Assembly (NCBI GenBank): GCA_019057795.1
Contig: JAHLWS010000015.1
Coordinates: 1 to 45,219 of the forward strand
From: Promethearchaeota archaeon
GTDB lineage: Archaea; Asgardarchaeota; Lokiarchaeia; Sigyniarchaeales; SOKP01
Reading direction: 5' to 3'
Length of the DNA stretch: 45,219 nt
Under the pieces are notes generated by a model, which was given only the letters and a program-made list of their open reading frames with translations, made no database searches and had not been told where the DNA came from. The position numbers and the translations under genes are program-made. Numbering within the stretch: the stretch's first letter is position 1; the number at the start of each line of letters is the position of its first letter. Shown here one piece after another: positions 17,929 through 28,645 of the stretch.

Positions 17929-19173
17929 GTGGTAAATCAATTAAATTTAGATAATTCAAATAGATTATATGAAGAGGCATTGAAATTAATCCCTGGCGCT
18001 ATTTTAGGAATTCGACGTCCTTATAACTTTGTAGAGGGAGAATATCCTATTTTTTTTGAAACTGCCAAGGGAGGTAAAGTTATTGATGTTGATGGAAATG
18101 AATATCTTGATATGTTATGTGCTTATGGACCTATTATTATAGGGCATAGGGAAGAGGAAATCGATAATGCCGTAATAGATCAAATTAAAAATAAGGGATT
18201 TTGCATGTCTTTAACCCAGCAAATACAAAACAGATTGGCAAAAAAATTAAAAGATTTAATACCCTGTTGTGAAAAAATGGTATTTGTAAAAACAGGTTCT
18301 GATGCTACTACTATTGGTGTTCGCGTTGCTCGGGGTTATACAAAACGATTAAAAATATTACGGTGTGGATACCATGGTTGGCATTCTTGGTGCGTCGAAG
18401 GTAAAGGTGGAATTCCTGAAAAACTCTACGAAGATGTGTATGAATTCGAGTATAACAACCTTGACCATGTTAGTAAGTTGATGCAAAAATATGGTAACGA
18501 TGTTGCTGCAATTATTATGACCCCTATTAACCACCCAGGAGCTCATGAATTAGAAATGCCAGAATCAGGATTTTTAGAGGGTGTTCGTGAACTAGCAGAT
18601 AAATATGATGCACTGTTGATATTTGATGAAATACGTACAGGCTTCAGAGTTAATCTTGGTGGCGCTCAAAAAGAATTAGGTGTGATACCTGATCTTGCCG
18701 CATTCGGAAAGGCAATGGCAAATGGTTACCCTATCAGTTTCCTTGCAGGTAAAGAACAAGTAATGGATACATTAATCGAAGAAGTATTTCTAAGTTCAAC
18801 CTTCTTTCCAAATAGTTTTCCACAAGTAGCAGCACTTAAAACTATAGAAATTATGGAGCGGGAAAATGTTTTAGATGTCATTCGTAAGAAAGGTGAAAAG
18901 TTTGCTAAAAATGTTACCGAGATCATAGAAGAAAGTGGCGTTCCGTGTACCTTTTCGGGAAGCCCATGGATGCCTTACATAACATTTGACTCCGATCCAA
19001 ATCACTTATACCGAAAATTGAGAGAAGAGTTTTATAGACAATTAATTCGACGGAAAGTGTTCTTACAACCATATCATCACGGATATATTTGTTATAGGCA
19101 TACAAATGAAGATTTGGAGAACGCAGCAAATATGATCGCCGAATCTTTAAAAGAATGTAAAAAGCTAATGTAA
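17929..19173 (+). CDS. kat: Class III aminotransferase, probable 3-aminobutyryl-CoA aminotransferase
   Basis: GIRRPYNFVEGEYPIF, KTGSDAT, GYHGWH, FDEIRTGFR and FGKAMANG. GSA-aminomutase-like fold, at the head of a lysine fermentation cluster that lacks kal. Confidence 0.78.
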   Translation: MVNQLNLDNSNRLYEEALKLIPGAILGIRRPYNFVEGEYPIFFETAKGGKVIDVDGNEYLDMLCAYGPIIIGHREEEIDNAVIDQIKNKGFCMSLTQQIQNRLAKKLKDLIPCCEKMVFVKTGSDATTIGVRVARGYTKRLKILRCGYHGWHSWCVEGKGGIPEKLYEDVYEFEYNNLDHVSKLMQKYGNDVAAIIMTPINHPGAHELEMPESGFLEGVRELADKYDALLIFDEIRTGFRVNLGGAQKELGVIPDLAAFGKAMANGYPISFLAGKEQVMDTLIEEVFLSSTFFPNSFPQVAALKTIEIMERENVLDVIRKKGEKFAKNVTEIIEESGVPCTFSGSPWMPYITFDSDPNHLYRKLREEFYRQLIRRKVFLQPYHHGYICYRHTNEDLENAANMIAESLKECKKLM

Positions 19174-19189
19174 AATTTAATGAAAATGA

Positions 19190-19474
<285 letters not shown>

Positions 19475-19478
19475 AAAA

Positions 19479-19832
19479 GTGAAATTCAAATTAGATGAAA
19501 ATGTCCCTTGGATTTTAAAATATTTAATTGAGAGTATTGGACAACATGAAGTGGATTCTGTTTTTCATGAGAATATTGCAGGTATAGATGATAAGAGTTT
19601 AAATAAAAAATGTTTCGAAGAAAAACGAATACTGATTACATTAAACTCAGATTTTATAAACCCCAAAGATAGTTTTTATGGTTTAATAATAATGAGGTCC
19701 AACAAACAGGGTAAGAATGCTGTAAAAGAATTATTTGAAAGATTCTTGAAAAGTTATAGTTTAGAAGAAACTGTGGGGAAAATAATTATAATTGAAACTA
19801 ACCAAATTAGATTAAGATCTGATATAACATAA
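19479..19832 (+). CDS. DUF5615/Mut7-C-like PIN toxin
   Basis: MKFKLDENVP, GIDDKSL, EEKRILITLNSDF and GLIIMR. Follows DUF433. Confidence 0.85.
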   Translation: MKFKLDENVPWILKYLIESIGQHEVDSVFHENIAGIDDKSLNKKCFEEKRILITLNSDFINPKDSFYGLIIMRSNKQGKNAVKELFERFLKSYSLEETVGKIIIIETNQIRLRSDIT

Positions 19833-19904
19833 TAAAACTTAAAATATTTTAATTCTACAACCTTTTAAATAGGCTTATTACCAAATTTTTAATTTATTTA
19901 AGGG

Positions 19905-20738
19905 ATGTTAATAATGGAGAAATTGATAATAACTGCCGCCATATGCGGAGCTGAAGTAACAAAGAAACAAAATCCAAATTTACCTTATACTGTTAGAGAA
20001 ATAGGGATCGAAGCAGAAAAAGCATACTTAGCAGGTGCGAGTATTATACATCTACATGTAAGAGAAGATAATGGCACCCCCACTCAAGATATAAAACGGT
20101 TCCAAGCGTGTGTCGATGAAATAAAAAACAGATGTCCCGATGTTATCGTTCAACCCTCCACTGGAGGTGCTATAGGAATGAGTAATGAAGAGAGACTACA
20201 ACCTATCTTCATGGAACCTCCACCCGAAATGGCAACTCTTGATTGTGGTACAATGAATTTTGGTGGCGATGAAATTTTCGTTAATACAGAAAAGACCATC
20301 ATTAGTTTTGCTCAAGAAATGAACTCGCGTGGAATTAAACCAGAACTGGAATGTTTTGATAAGGGCATGATCGACATGGCATTACGACTTAATAACAAAG
20401 GATATATCAAAGATCCAATGCATTTTAACTTTGTTTTAGGCGTCATCGGAGGAATAGCAGCAACACCTCGAGATTTGGTATTTATGATAAACAGTATTCC
20501 GAAAAATTCTACGTTTACCGTGTGTGCTATTGGAAGACATGAATTTCCTATGGTTACTTTATCTATGGTTATGGGTGGCCATGCTAGAGTAGGTTTTGAA
20601 GATAACATTTATCTTTCTAAAGGTGTATTAGCTAAGTCTAATAGTGAATTAGTCGAAAAAATAGTTAGGATTTCAAAGGAAATAGGTAGAGACATCGCCT
20701 CTCCTTACCAAGCGAGAAAAATTTTAGGTTTAAATTAA
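19905..20738 (+). CDS. kce: 3-keto-5-aminohexanoate cleavage enzyme
   Basis: MEKLIITAAICGAEVTK (true start probably 19914), IHLHVR, QPSTGGA, KPELECFD and RVGFEDN. Confidence 0.95.
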   Translation: MLIMEKLIITAAICGAEVTKKQNPNLPYTVREIGIEAEKAYLAGASIIHLHVREDNGTPTQDIKRFQACVDEIKNRCPDVIVQPSTGGAIGMSNEERLQPIFMEPPPEMATLDCGTMNFGGDEIFVNTEKTIISFAQEMNSRGIKPELECFDKGMIDMALRLNNKGYIKDPMHFNFVLGVIGGIAATPRDLVFMINSIPKNSTFTVCAIGRHEFPMVTLSMVMGGHARVGFEDNIYLSKGVLAKSNSELVEKIVRISKEIGRDIASPYQARKILGLN

Positions 20739-20768
20739 TCAATACAAATAAAGAAAAAAGTAAAGATT

Positions 20769-21476
20769 ATGTATAAAGTATTTGCTGATATTTACGATCT
20801 AATTTATTCGTTTAAGGATTACAAAAAAGAAGTTAAAAAAATTAAGAAGTTGATTAAAAAATACAAAAGTACGGATGGTAGCGAACTTTTAGATGTAGCT
20901 TGCGGTACTGGAGAGCATCTAAAATATTTAGAAGATAGTTTTATTTGCACTGGTGTGGATATCAACGAAGGAATACTGAATGTCGCTAAAAATAAAGTCA
21001 AAGGAGCGACTTTCAAACAAGCTGACATGATAAATTTCGATCTAAACAAAAAATTTGATGTAATCATCTCTCTGTTTAGTTCGATTGGGTATGTACAAAC
21101 TTATGCTAATTTAGAAAAAACAATTGTAAACTTTGCGAACCATTTAAAACAAGGTGGAGTCGTAATAATAGAGTTATGGTTTACCAAATCTACTTACTGG
21201 GTAGGTTTGCCGAGTATGACAACTTATGATGGAGACGATATTAAGATTGCCAGATTAAATACAACAAAAATAGAGAACGATCTATCTGTAATGGAAATGC
21301 ATTATTTGATTGTAGAGAAAAATAAGGATGTTAAATATTTCGTAGATAAACATGAATTAGGACTCTTCGATACAGATAAAACATTAGAATTCATGAAAAA
21401 AGCCGGTCTGAAAGTAGAGTTTCTAAAAGATGGCTTAATGAAAGAAAGAGGATTATATGTTGGGGTTAAAACATAA
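20769..21476 (+). CDS. Class I SAM-dependent methyltransferase (TylM1/DesVI-like)
   Basis: YDLIY...KDY, LLDVACGTGEH and LFSSIGY. Confidence 0.88.
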   Translation: MYKVFADIYDLIYSFKDYKKEVKKIKKLIKKYKSTDGSELLDVACGTGEHLKYLEDSFICTGVDINEGILNVAKNKVKGATFKQADMINFDLNKKFDVIISLFSSIGYVQTYANLEKTIVNFANHLKQGGVVIIELWFTKSTYWVGLPSMTTYDGDDIKIARLNTTKIENDLSVMEMHYLIVEKNKDVKYFVDKHELGLFDTDKTLEFMKKAGLKVEFLKDGLMKERGLYVGVKT

Positions 21477-21566
21477 AATATTAGAAAAAATTATAATTAT
21501 ATTGAATCTTTACTAAGATCAGATACTATAATAAATAATTTCTAAGGATTAAATGGAGAACTTTAC

Positions 21567-22607
21567 ATGGCGAAAGGTAATAAATACGGAACTCATAGAG
21601 TCATTGAGCCTAAAGGGGCGCTTCCTCAACCTGCTTTTAAAATATCCAACGATACGACCATATTCGACAACGAAATATTAATAGATGTCGATTATTTGAA
21701 TATCGACTCCGCAAGCTTTACTCAACTTATGGAAGAAGCGGGAGGAGATATAGAAAAAATAAAAGCTAAAATAATGGAAATTGTTCAAGAGAGAGGAAAA
21801 ATGCAAAATCCTGTTACTGGTTCAGGTGGAATGCTGATTGGAAAGGTAGAAAAAATTGGACCAGATTTAACAGAAAAAATCGATTTACAAAGAGGAGACA
21901 AAATTGCTACGTTAGTTTCTCTTTCTTTGACACCACTTAAGATTGAAAAAATTTTAGATATCAAACCAGACATAGATCGAGTTGAAATTGAAGGTAAAGC
22001 CATACTTTTTGAAAGCGGAATTTATGCTAAAATCCCAAAAGATATGGACGATAAATTGGCCTTAGCTGCTCTTGATGTAGCAGGTGCTCCGGCTCAAACA
22101 AAAAAGATTGTTAAACCGGGAAACTCTGTTTTAATACTTGGAGCAACTGGAAAATCTGGATTAATGTGCTCTTATATAGCAAAAAGTATTGTTGGACCAA
22201 ACGGTAAAGTAATAGGGCAAGCTAGAAATGATAAAAGAGCTGAGTTCCTTAGGAAAACAGGTTTTTGTCATGAAGTGATTATTGCTGACATCCTTAAACC
22301 GCTGGATGTCTTAGAAAAAGTATTTGCTATTAACGATGGAAATGAAGTTGACATTTCCATTAATTGTCTAAGTATACCAAACACTGAAATGTCAAGTATT
22401 TTACCCGTTAAAGATGGGGGGATCGTGTATTTCTTTTCTATGGCTACTAGTTTTACCAAAGCCGCATTAGGTGCTGAAGGTGTCGGAAAAGATGTCACGA
22501 TGATAATTGGGAATGGTTATACCAAAGGACATGCTCAAATAGCTTTAGATGAGTTACGAGAGTCTGAAAAATTACGAATAATATTTGAAGAAAAATATAT
22601 AAAATAA
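21567..22607 (+). CDS. kdd: L-erythro-3,5-diaminohexanoate dehydrogenase
   Basis: KYGTHRVIEPKGALPQPA, GKMQNPVTGSGGM, LDVAGAPAQ and FFSMATSFTKAALGAEG. Confidence 0.95.
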   Translation: MAKGNKYGTHRVIEPKGALPQPAFKISNDTTIFDNEILIDVDYLNIDSASFTQLMEEAGGDIEKIKAKIMEIVQERGKMQNPVTGSGGMLIGKVEKIGPDLTEKIDLQRGDKIATLVSLSLTPLKIEKILDIKPDIDRVEIEGKAILFESGIYAKIPKDMDDKLALAALDVAGAPAQTKKIVKPGNSVLILGATGKSGLMCSYIAKSIVGPNGKVIGQARNDKRAEFLRKTGFCHEVIIADILKPLDVLEKVFAINDGNEVDISINCLSIPNTEMSSILPVKDGGIVYFFSMATSFTKAALGAEGVGKDVTMIIGNGYTKGHAQIALDELRESEKLRIIFEEKYIK

Positions 22608-22648
22608 TTTAGAATATGAAGATAATTAGATAAGTAAAGTGAATTGTT

Positions 22649-23887
22649 ATGAGAGTAAATAGAAGAAAAGAATTATTTAAAGAAGTAAGCGATGAAGATT
22701 GGAATAATTGGCGCTGGCAATTTAAGAATAGAATAAACACTTTAGAAGACCTTAAACAATATATTCCTCTAACTAAAGAAGAGGACGACCCAAAAATCTT
22801 AAAAGAATTGCGAATGGCAATTACACCTTATTATTTGTCATTAATCGACCCTCACGATCCTTACGATCCTATAAGAAAACAAGCTATCCCTACTATCCAC
22901 GAATTACACGTATCGTCGAGCGATCTTGTAGACCCTCTTCACGAAGATGTTGATTCACCAGTTCCAGGTCTAACCCATAGATATCCTGATCGCGTATTAT
23001 TTTTAGTTACTGAAAATTGTTCGATGTATTGTCGACATTGTACGCGCAAGCGATTTGCCGGCCATCACGATAAAGCACCTCCCCAAGATCAAATCGATAA
23101 ATGTATCGAATACATACAAGAAACTACGGCTATAAGAGATGTACTTTTATCTGGAGGCGATGCGTTATTAATATCTGATAAAATATTAGAAGATATCCTG
23201 GTCAGATTAAAGGAGATTCCTCATGTAGAAATAGTACGATTAGGTTCTCGAACACCCGTAGTTATGCCTCAAAGAATTACTCCTGAACTATGTGAAATGA
23301 TTAAGAAATATCATCCTATTTGGTTTAATACCCATTTCAATCATTCTAATGAAATAACAGAAGATTCTAAAAGAGCGTGTGAAATGTTAGCAGATGCGGG
23401 AATCCCGCTTGGAAATCAATCGGTATTATTGAAAGGCGTAAATGATTGTATTCATGTCATGAAAAAATTAGTCCAAGACCTTGTAAAAATTAGAGTAAGA
23501 CCTTACTATATTTATCAATGCGATCTCTCTGTTGGTCTTGAGCATTTTAGAACCCGCGTTGCTCAAGGTATTGAAATCATTGAAGGATTAAGGGGGCACA
23601 CATCTGGCCTATGTATTCCCACGTTCGTAGTAGATGCCCCAGGGGGCGGAGGGAAGATACCTGTTATGCCAGATTATACAATTTCTCAGGGAAATAGACG
23701 GGTTGTGTTAAGAAATTTTGAGGGTGTTATTACAACATACGAAGAACCAGATGATTATATTCCGGGCTGTCATTGCAAAGATGTTGAAGAGCAGATTGGA
23801 GTTTCAGCGTTATTAAGCGGCCAAAAAATAACAATTGAGCCAGATGATTTAGAAAGAAATAAGAGGAAAAGGAAATTAAGTAAATAA
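22649..23887 (+). CDS. kamA: Lysine 2,3-aminomutase (radical SAM, PLP)
   Basis: WNNWRWQ, GLTHRYPDR, CSMYCRHC and DAPGGGGKIP. Confidence 0.96.
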   Translation: MRVNRRKELFKEVSDEDWNNWRWQFKNRINTLEDLKQYIPLTKEEDDPKILKELRMAITPYYLSLIDPHDPYDPIRKQAIPTIHELHVSSSDLVDPLHEDVDSPVPGLTHRYPDRVLFLVTENCSMYCRHCTRKRFAGHHDKAPPQDQIDKCIEYIQETTAIRDVLLSGGDALLISDKILEDILVRLKEIPHVEIVRLGSRTPVVMPQRITPELCEMIKKYHPIWFNTHFNHSNEITEDSKRACEMLADAGIPLGNQSVLLKGVNDCIHVMKKLVQDLVKIRVRPYYIYQCDLSVGLEHFRTRVAQGIEIIEGLRGHTSGLCIPTFVVDAPGGGGKIPVMPDYTISQGNRRVVLRNFEGVITTYEEPDDYIPGCHCKDVEEQIGVSALLSGQKITIEPDDLERNKRKRKLSK

Positions 23888-23902
23888 AATTTTATGGAAA
23901 GT

Positions 23903-24322
23903 CTAAACTAATTTTTTTTGGTTTTTCAACAAGGTAATTTTTTCTTGAATGCTTTGGAATTGATTGGATTCACATCTTCTAACCATATCCTTCCATATTA
24001 CCCTAAATTGATAAAAATATTCTGAAATTTCAAGTGGATCTCCAAATAATACGTGATATGTATCAGCAATTTCAATTTTTAAATAAAGTGGTAAAAGCTC
24101 AAAAACTTTAACATCATAATTATGAGGAATTTTCTCTAACAAGGACAACCAAATTTTAAAATTAGCTTTTTTATCTTTAGTTTTTGTAATTATGGCTACA
24201 TCTAAATCGGATCGACTTGGGATAAAATTACCAGAAATGAAACTACCATAGAGAACTGTCCAAAGATCCTTGCAAATTTCTAAATCTTTTTTAATCTTAA
24301 TTAGAGAATTCGATTTTCTCAT
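23903..24322 (-). CDS. Minimal nucleotidyltransferase (MNT/MntA-type antitoxin)
   Basis: VLYGSF...SDLDVAI and YDVKVFELLPL. Overlaps the HEPN gene. Confidence 0.88.
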   Translation of the reverse strand: MRKSNSLIKIKKDLEICKDLWTVLYGSFISGNFIPSRSDLDVAIITKTKDKKANFKIWLSLLEKIPHNYDVKVFELLPLYLKIEIADTYHVLFGDPLEISEYFYQFRVIWKDMVRRCESNQFQSIQEKITLLKNQKKLV

Positions 24323-24710
24323 TTATTATCACTTCCACTTTTTTTGCAAAAGTCATTAATGTATTTACTACTTCGTTTTTATTTTGAAGCACTAAATCTT
24401 CTTCTATCTTATTGTATTTATGTGCAAGAACATTCCTCAAACCGTTCCATTGATGGAGATTCTTTATGAGATTTGGTGAAAATATAGAAAGTTCATCCAA
24501 CGCGTCCAAATTAGAATAATCGTCTTTAACGGTTATACCTAAATCTTTACATAACATCGCAACAACATCCATTGTAGCATCAATTGATATCTGAAGACGA
24601 TAGAAGAGAGCATCTAAAAAAAAATAATTTTCATCAATTTTTTCTGGTAAATTAGTAATCTTATCTATAATAAACTCTAATTTTCTTTTATATTGATCCT
24701 TGCGATTCAT
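24297..24710 (-). CDS. HEPN/DUF86 RNase toxin (HepT-type)
   Basis: GLRNVLAHKY (RX4HXY) and YRLQISIDATMDVVAML. Confidence 0.9.
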   Translation of the reverse strand: MNRKDQYKRKLEFIIDKITNLPEKIDENYFFLDALFYRLQISIDATMDVVAMLCKDLGITVKDDYSNLDALDELSIFSPNLIKNLHQWNGLRNVLAHKYNKIEEDLVLQNKNEVVNTLMTFAKKVEVIINEKIEFSN

Positions 24711-24852
24711 TACGTTAATTTTTGTGTTTCACTCTTTTAATATTTTCTATTTTCATCATAAGGGGTTATTTTTAATTCCTCTTCTTTCTTAAATTCCTCT
24801 AACTATTTATAAATTTAGGCCCTCTCAATTTTTATTGGGATAACACAACACT

Positions 24853-25039
24853 GGTTGTGTTAAGAAATTTAAAGGGTGTTATTACAACATACGAAGAACC
24901 AGATGGTTATATTTTGGGCTGTCATTGCGAATATGTTGAACAGCAGATTGGAGTTTCTGCTTTACTGAGTGGCGAAAAAATAACTATAGAACTTGAAGAT
25001 TTGGAAAGAAATGTTAGAAAAAGAAATCTATCCAAATAA
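24853..25039 (+). pseudogene. kamA: Duplicated 3' end of kamA (direct repeat of 23701-23887)
   Basis: 187-bp gap-free copy. I count 31 mismatches over 62 codons (about 83% identity). No 5' part of the gene is present. Confidence 0.92.
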
Positions 25040-25153
25040 ATATCTTGTATTTAGAATAAGAAATGATGAATCATTTAGTAGATAATTAAAGTTATCTTAA
25101 TTTATTATTCCTTCTTATTAGATCATATAAATACATTTGATACTCTCATTAAA

Positions 25154-26191
25154 ATGGAATTTGCTAATTTCATACAAGAAAAAATAAAGGAATATAAAAT
25201 AATCTCAATTATAGGACTTGCTAAGAATGTTAGTAAAACTACTACATTAAATCACATTATTCAAGCTTTAAAAGGAAAATATATTTTAGGACTTACGTCT
25301 ATTGGGCGAGATGGCGAAAAATATGATGCTATTACGACTTTACCTAAACCACGCATATTTGTCGAATCAGGGGTGTTAGTAGCTACAGCTACTCATAGTA
25401 TTAAAAACAGTGAAGTAAAAATTGAGATCATAAAGACAACTGGAATCAACACTCCAATGGGAGAAATCGTTATTGCAAGAGTTATATCAAATGGCTACAT
25501 TGAATTGGCAGGTCCTTCTATTAACTCAGAATTAAAATTTGTATGTAAAGAATTATTAAATTTAGGAAGTAATCTGATACTAATTGATGGTGCATTTGAT
25601 CGCAGATCTTATGCTTCACCTCTCGTATCAGAAGCGACAATCCTTTCTACTGGAGCCTCTGTATCTAAGAAAATGCAAGAAGTTATTGATATAACTCATC
25701 ATACAATGAATTTAATATCCTTAGAAAATGAAGAAAATTTTCAAATAATTAATTTAGCAGAAGATATCATATCCAAGGCAAAAGTTGGAATCATTAATGA
25801 AGACTATTCAGTTAAAATCTTAGAACTATTAACAGCTTTGGATTCTGCAGACGAAATCTTAAATTTTATGACGAATAAATCTAAAATTCTTGTAATTAAC
25901 GGAGCAATCACGGATAAATTCCTTGAGGAGTTTATGAAGAAATCAGATCTTTATAGAAATATTAAAATTTTGGTCCCTGATGCAACAAAATTGTTTTTAA
26001 ATAAAACCACATTTGAAAAATATTCTAAAAAAGGTGGAGTCATAAAAGTTTTAAATAAAATTAAAATTATTGTCGTCACAATCAATCCAACTTCGCCTTT
26101 AGGTTATAAATTTGACAAATCTAAGTTCTTAAACGAATTAAAAAGAGGAGTCTCTATTCCGATTTATGATCTTGGACCGAGTAAATACTAA
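25154..26191 (+). CDS. kamB: KamB-like lysine 5,6-aminomutase accessory/reactivase subunit
   Basis: SIIGLAKNVSKTTTLN, GLTSIGRDGE, IELAGP, LIDGAFDR and ILSTGAS. Located between kamA and kamD. Confidence 0.82.
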   Translation: MEFANFIQEKIKEYKIISIIGLAKNVSKTTTLNHIIQALKGKYILGLTSIGRDGEKYDAITTLPKPRIFVESGVLVATATHSIKNSEVKIEIIKTTGINTPMGEIVIARVISNGYIELAGPSINSELKFVCKELLNLGSNLILIDGAFDRRSYASPLVSEATILSTGASVSKKMQEVIDITHHTMNLISLENEENFQIINLAEDIISKAKVGIINEDYSVKILELLTALDSADEILNFMTNKSKILVINGAITDKFLEEFMKKSDLYRNIKILVPDATKLFLNKTTFEKYSKKGGVIKVLNKIKIIVVTINPTSPLGYKFDKSKFLNELKRGVSIPIYDLGPSKY

Positions 26192-26266
26192 AGTATAATT
26201 TGTTTGAATTACTAAATGAAATATAAATTTTATAAAAGTTAATTTCTTTTAGAGGTTATAATAACA

Positions 26267-27844
26267 TTGAAAGCAAAAAGCAAGCTAAATTTGAATTTAG
26301 AATTAGTTGAAAAAGCCAGAAACATAGCCAGAATAATTGCTAATGATACTCAAATATTTATAAACAATCATACCACAACTTCCATTGAAAGAACTATATG
26401 TCGATTATTAGGGATTGATGGAACTGATGAATTTGGAGTTCCTTTACCCAACATTATAATTGATCATATCATAAAAACAGGACTAATAAATAAGGGTGCT
26501 GCATTGTACCTTGGAAACGCGGTTATACACACAAATTTATCACCCCAAAATATCGCAGAAAAAGTCAGCCAAGGTCAATTAATCATCACAAACTTTCCAA
26601 GGGGGAGCTTATCTGAGGTAAAAGAGGCATTAACATCGATAATACAGAAGAATATAGATATAATTAGACGAAACAAGCAAAAAAGAGAAGACTTAATTAA
26701 GAAATACGGAGAAAAAGTTGGACCTCTAATATATATTATTGTTGCCACAGGGAACATTTTTGAAGATATTGTCCAAGCTCAAGCGGCTGCAAGACAAGGT
26801 GCTGATGTTATAGCTGTCATTCGCTCTACGGGACAAAGTCTATTAGATTACGTCCCATATGGTAGCACAACTGAAGGATTTGGAGGGACATATGCAACCC
26901 AAGAAAATTTTCGTCTCATGAGGTCAGCTTTAGATAAAGTCAGTGAGGAAGAAGGTAGATATATTAGACTTACTAACTATTGTTCAGGACTTTGCATGCC
27001 CGAAATTGCTGCCATGGGAGCATTTGAAAGAGTAGATATGATGTTAAACGATGCGTTATACGGTATTTTATTTAGGGACATAAACATGCAAAGAACAATA
27101 ATCGATCAATATTTTTCAAGGATGATTAATGCATTTGCAGGAGTAATCATTAATACGGGGGAAGATAATTATCTTACAACTGATGATGCTTATGAAGCTG
27201 CTCATACAGTATTAGCATCACAATTTATCAATGAACAGTTCGCAAAATTAGCGGGGTTAAAAGAAGAACAAATGGGTTTAGGTCACGCATTTGAAATGGA
27301 TCCTGACTTGGAAAATGGATTTATTTATGAACTTGCTCAAGCTCAAATGGCACGCGAAATCTTTCCTAACGCTCCGTTAAAATACATGCCTCCCACTAAA
27401 TACATGACGGGAAACATCTTTAGAGGTCATGTTCAAGATGCTTTATTCAATATCATCACCATTCTTACAAATCAGAGAATTCATTTACTCGGGATGTTAA
27501 CTGAAGCAATCCATACGCCATTCATATCGGATCGGGCTTTATCTATTGAAAATGCGAGGTACATATTTAAAAATATGAAAGATTTGGGAGATGAAATCAC
27601 GTTTAAAGAAGGAGGGATAATGCAACAACGTGCAAACGAAGTAGTAAATAAAGCCCTTGATCTTCTGACTAATATTGAAAAGGAAGGACTATTTAAGACC
27701 ATTGAGAAAGGGATCTTTGCTGGGATAAAAAGATCGATTGATGGGGGGAAGGGATTGGATGGAGTAATTCATAAAGATAAAGAATATTTTAATCCGTTCT
27801 TAGAATACATGTCAATAGAATTAAACTTGGGAGGCGAAAACTAA
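26267..27844 (+). CDS. kamD: D-lysine/beta-lysine 5,6-aminomutase alpha subunit
   Basis: ERTICRLLGIDG, IVATGNIFED, RSTGQSLLDYVPYG, NYCSGLCMPE and KYMPPTK. Confidence 0.96.
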   Translation: MKAKSKLNLNLELVEKARNIARIIANDTQIFINNHTTTSIERTICRLLGIDGTDEFGVPLPNIIIDHIIKTGLINKGAALYLGNAVIHTNLSPQNIAEKVSQGQLIITNFPRGSLSEVKEALTSIIQKNIDIIRRNKQKREDLIKKYGEKVGPLIYIIVATGNIFEDIVQAQAAARQGADVIAVIRSTGQSLLDYVPYGSTTEGFGGTYATQENFRLMRSALDKVSEEEGRYIRLTNYCSGLCMPEIAAMGAFERVDMMLNDALYGILFRDINMQRTIIDQYFSRMINAFAGVIINTGEDNYLTTDDAYEAAHTVLASQFINEQFAKLAGLKEEQMGLGHAFEMDPDLENGFIYELAQAQMAREIFPNAPLKYMPPTKYMTGNIFRGHVQDALFNIITILTNQRIHLLGMLTEAIHTPFISDRALSIENARYIFKNMKDLGDEITFKEGGIMQQRANEVVNKALDLLTNIEKEGLFKTIEKGIFAGIKRSIDGGKGLDGVIHKDKEYFNPFLEYMSIELNLGGEN

Positions 27845-28633
27845 ATGGGTGGAGGACATTATTCTACTGGAAATAAAGAGTTCGATAAGAATTTAGATCT
27901 AACTCGAATAAAACCTTATGGAGATACAATGAATGACGGAAAAGTTCAAGTTAGTTTTACTCTTCCTGTAAATGATGGAGAAAAAGCTACTTTTGCTGCT
28001 TTAGAAATAGCTAAGAAGATGGGATTAGAAAATCCTTCAGTTGTTTATCACGTATCGTTAGATAAGGATTTTACATATTTTGTGTTATATGGAAGCTTCA
28101 AACATTCTATTAACTATACAGAAATAAAAGTGGAATCAATAGACATTGAAGCACTGACTATGGAAGAAATTAATGATTATATAAAAACACAAATAAAAAG
28201 AAAATTGGTTGTTATTGGCGCTACGACTGGAACAGATGCACATACGGTAGGAATCGATGCAATTATGAACATGAAGGGATTTGCAGGTCATTATGGCCTA
28301 GAGCGATATGAAATGATTGAAGCATATAATTTTGGAAGTCAAGTAACAAATGAAGAATTCGTTAAAAAAGCAATCGATTTAAAAGCTGACGTGTTACTGG
28401 TGTCTCAAACTGTTACTCAGAAAGATATTCATGTTAAGAACCTCACTAACTTAGTGGACCTCTTAGAAGCTGAAGAGATTAGAGATAAAGTTGTTTTAAT
28501 TTGTGGGGGTCCTCGAATTACGAATGAATTAGCAAAAGAATTAGGATATGACGCTGGATTTGGCCCAAGCACATTTGCTGAAACTGTAGCAACTTATTTC
28601 ATCAAAGAAATTTATAATCGAAAATCTAAATGA
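27845..28633 (+). CDS. kamE: Lysine 5,6-aminomutase beta subunit (B12-binding)
   Basis: KPYGDTMNDGKVQ, DAHTVGIDAIMNMKG (DxHxxG plus the PLP Lys) and LVSQTVTQ. Confidence 0.96.
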   Translation: MGGGHYSTGNKEFDKNLDLTRIKPYGDTMNDGKVQVSFTLPVNDGEKATFAALEIAKKMGLENPSVVYHVSLDKDFTYFVLYGSFKHSINYTEIKVESIDIEALTMEEINDYIKTQIKRKLVVIGATTGTDAHTVGIDAIMNMKGFAGHYGLERYEMIEAYNFGSQVTNEEFVKKAIDLKADVLLVSQTVTQKDIHVKNLTNLVDLLEAEEIRDKVVLICGGPRITNELAKELGYDAGFGPSTFAETVATYFIKEIYNRKSK

Positions 28634-28645
28634 GATACAAACAAT

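Noticed and set aside
17929-19173. Annotation as hemL (glutamate-1-semialdehyde aminomutase)
   Set aside because: Lacks the HemL PGGVNSPVR start, has no tetrapyrrole genes nearby, and sits at the head of the lysine fermentation genes.
24857-25039. 60-aa ORF as an independent gene
   Set aside because: It is the duplicated kamA tail, and its GTG corresponds to an internal Val codon.
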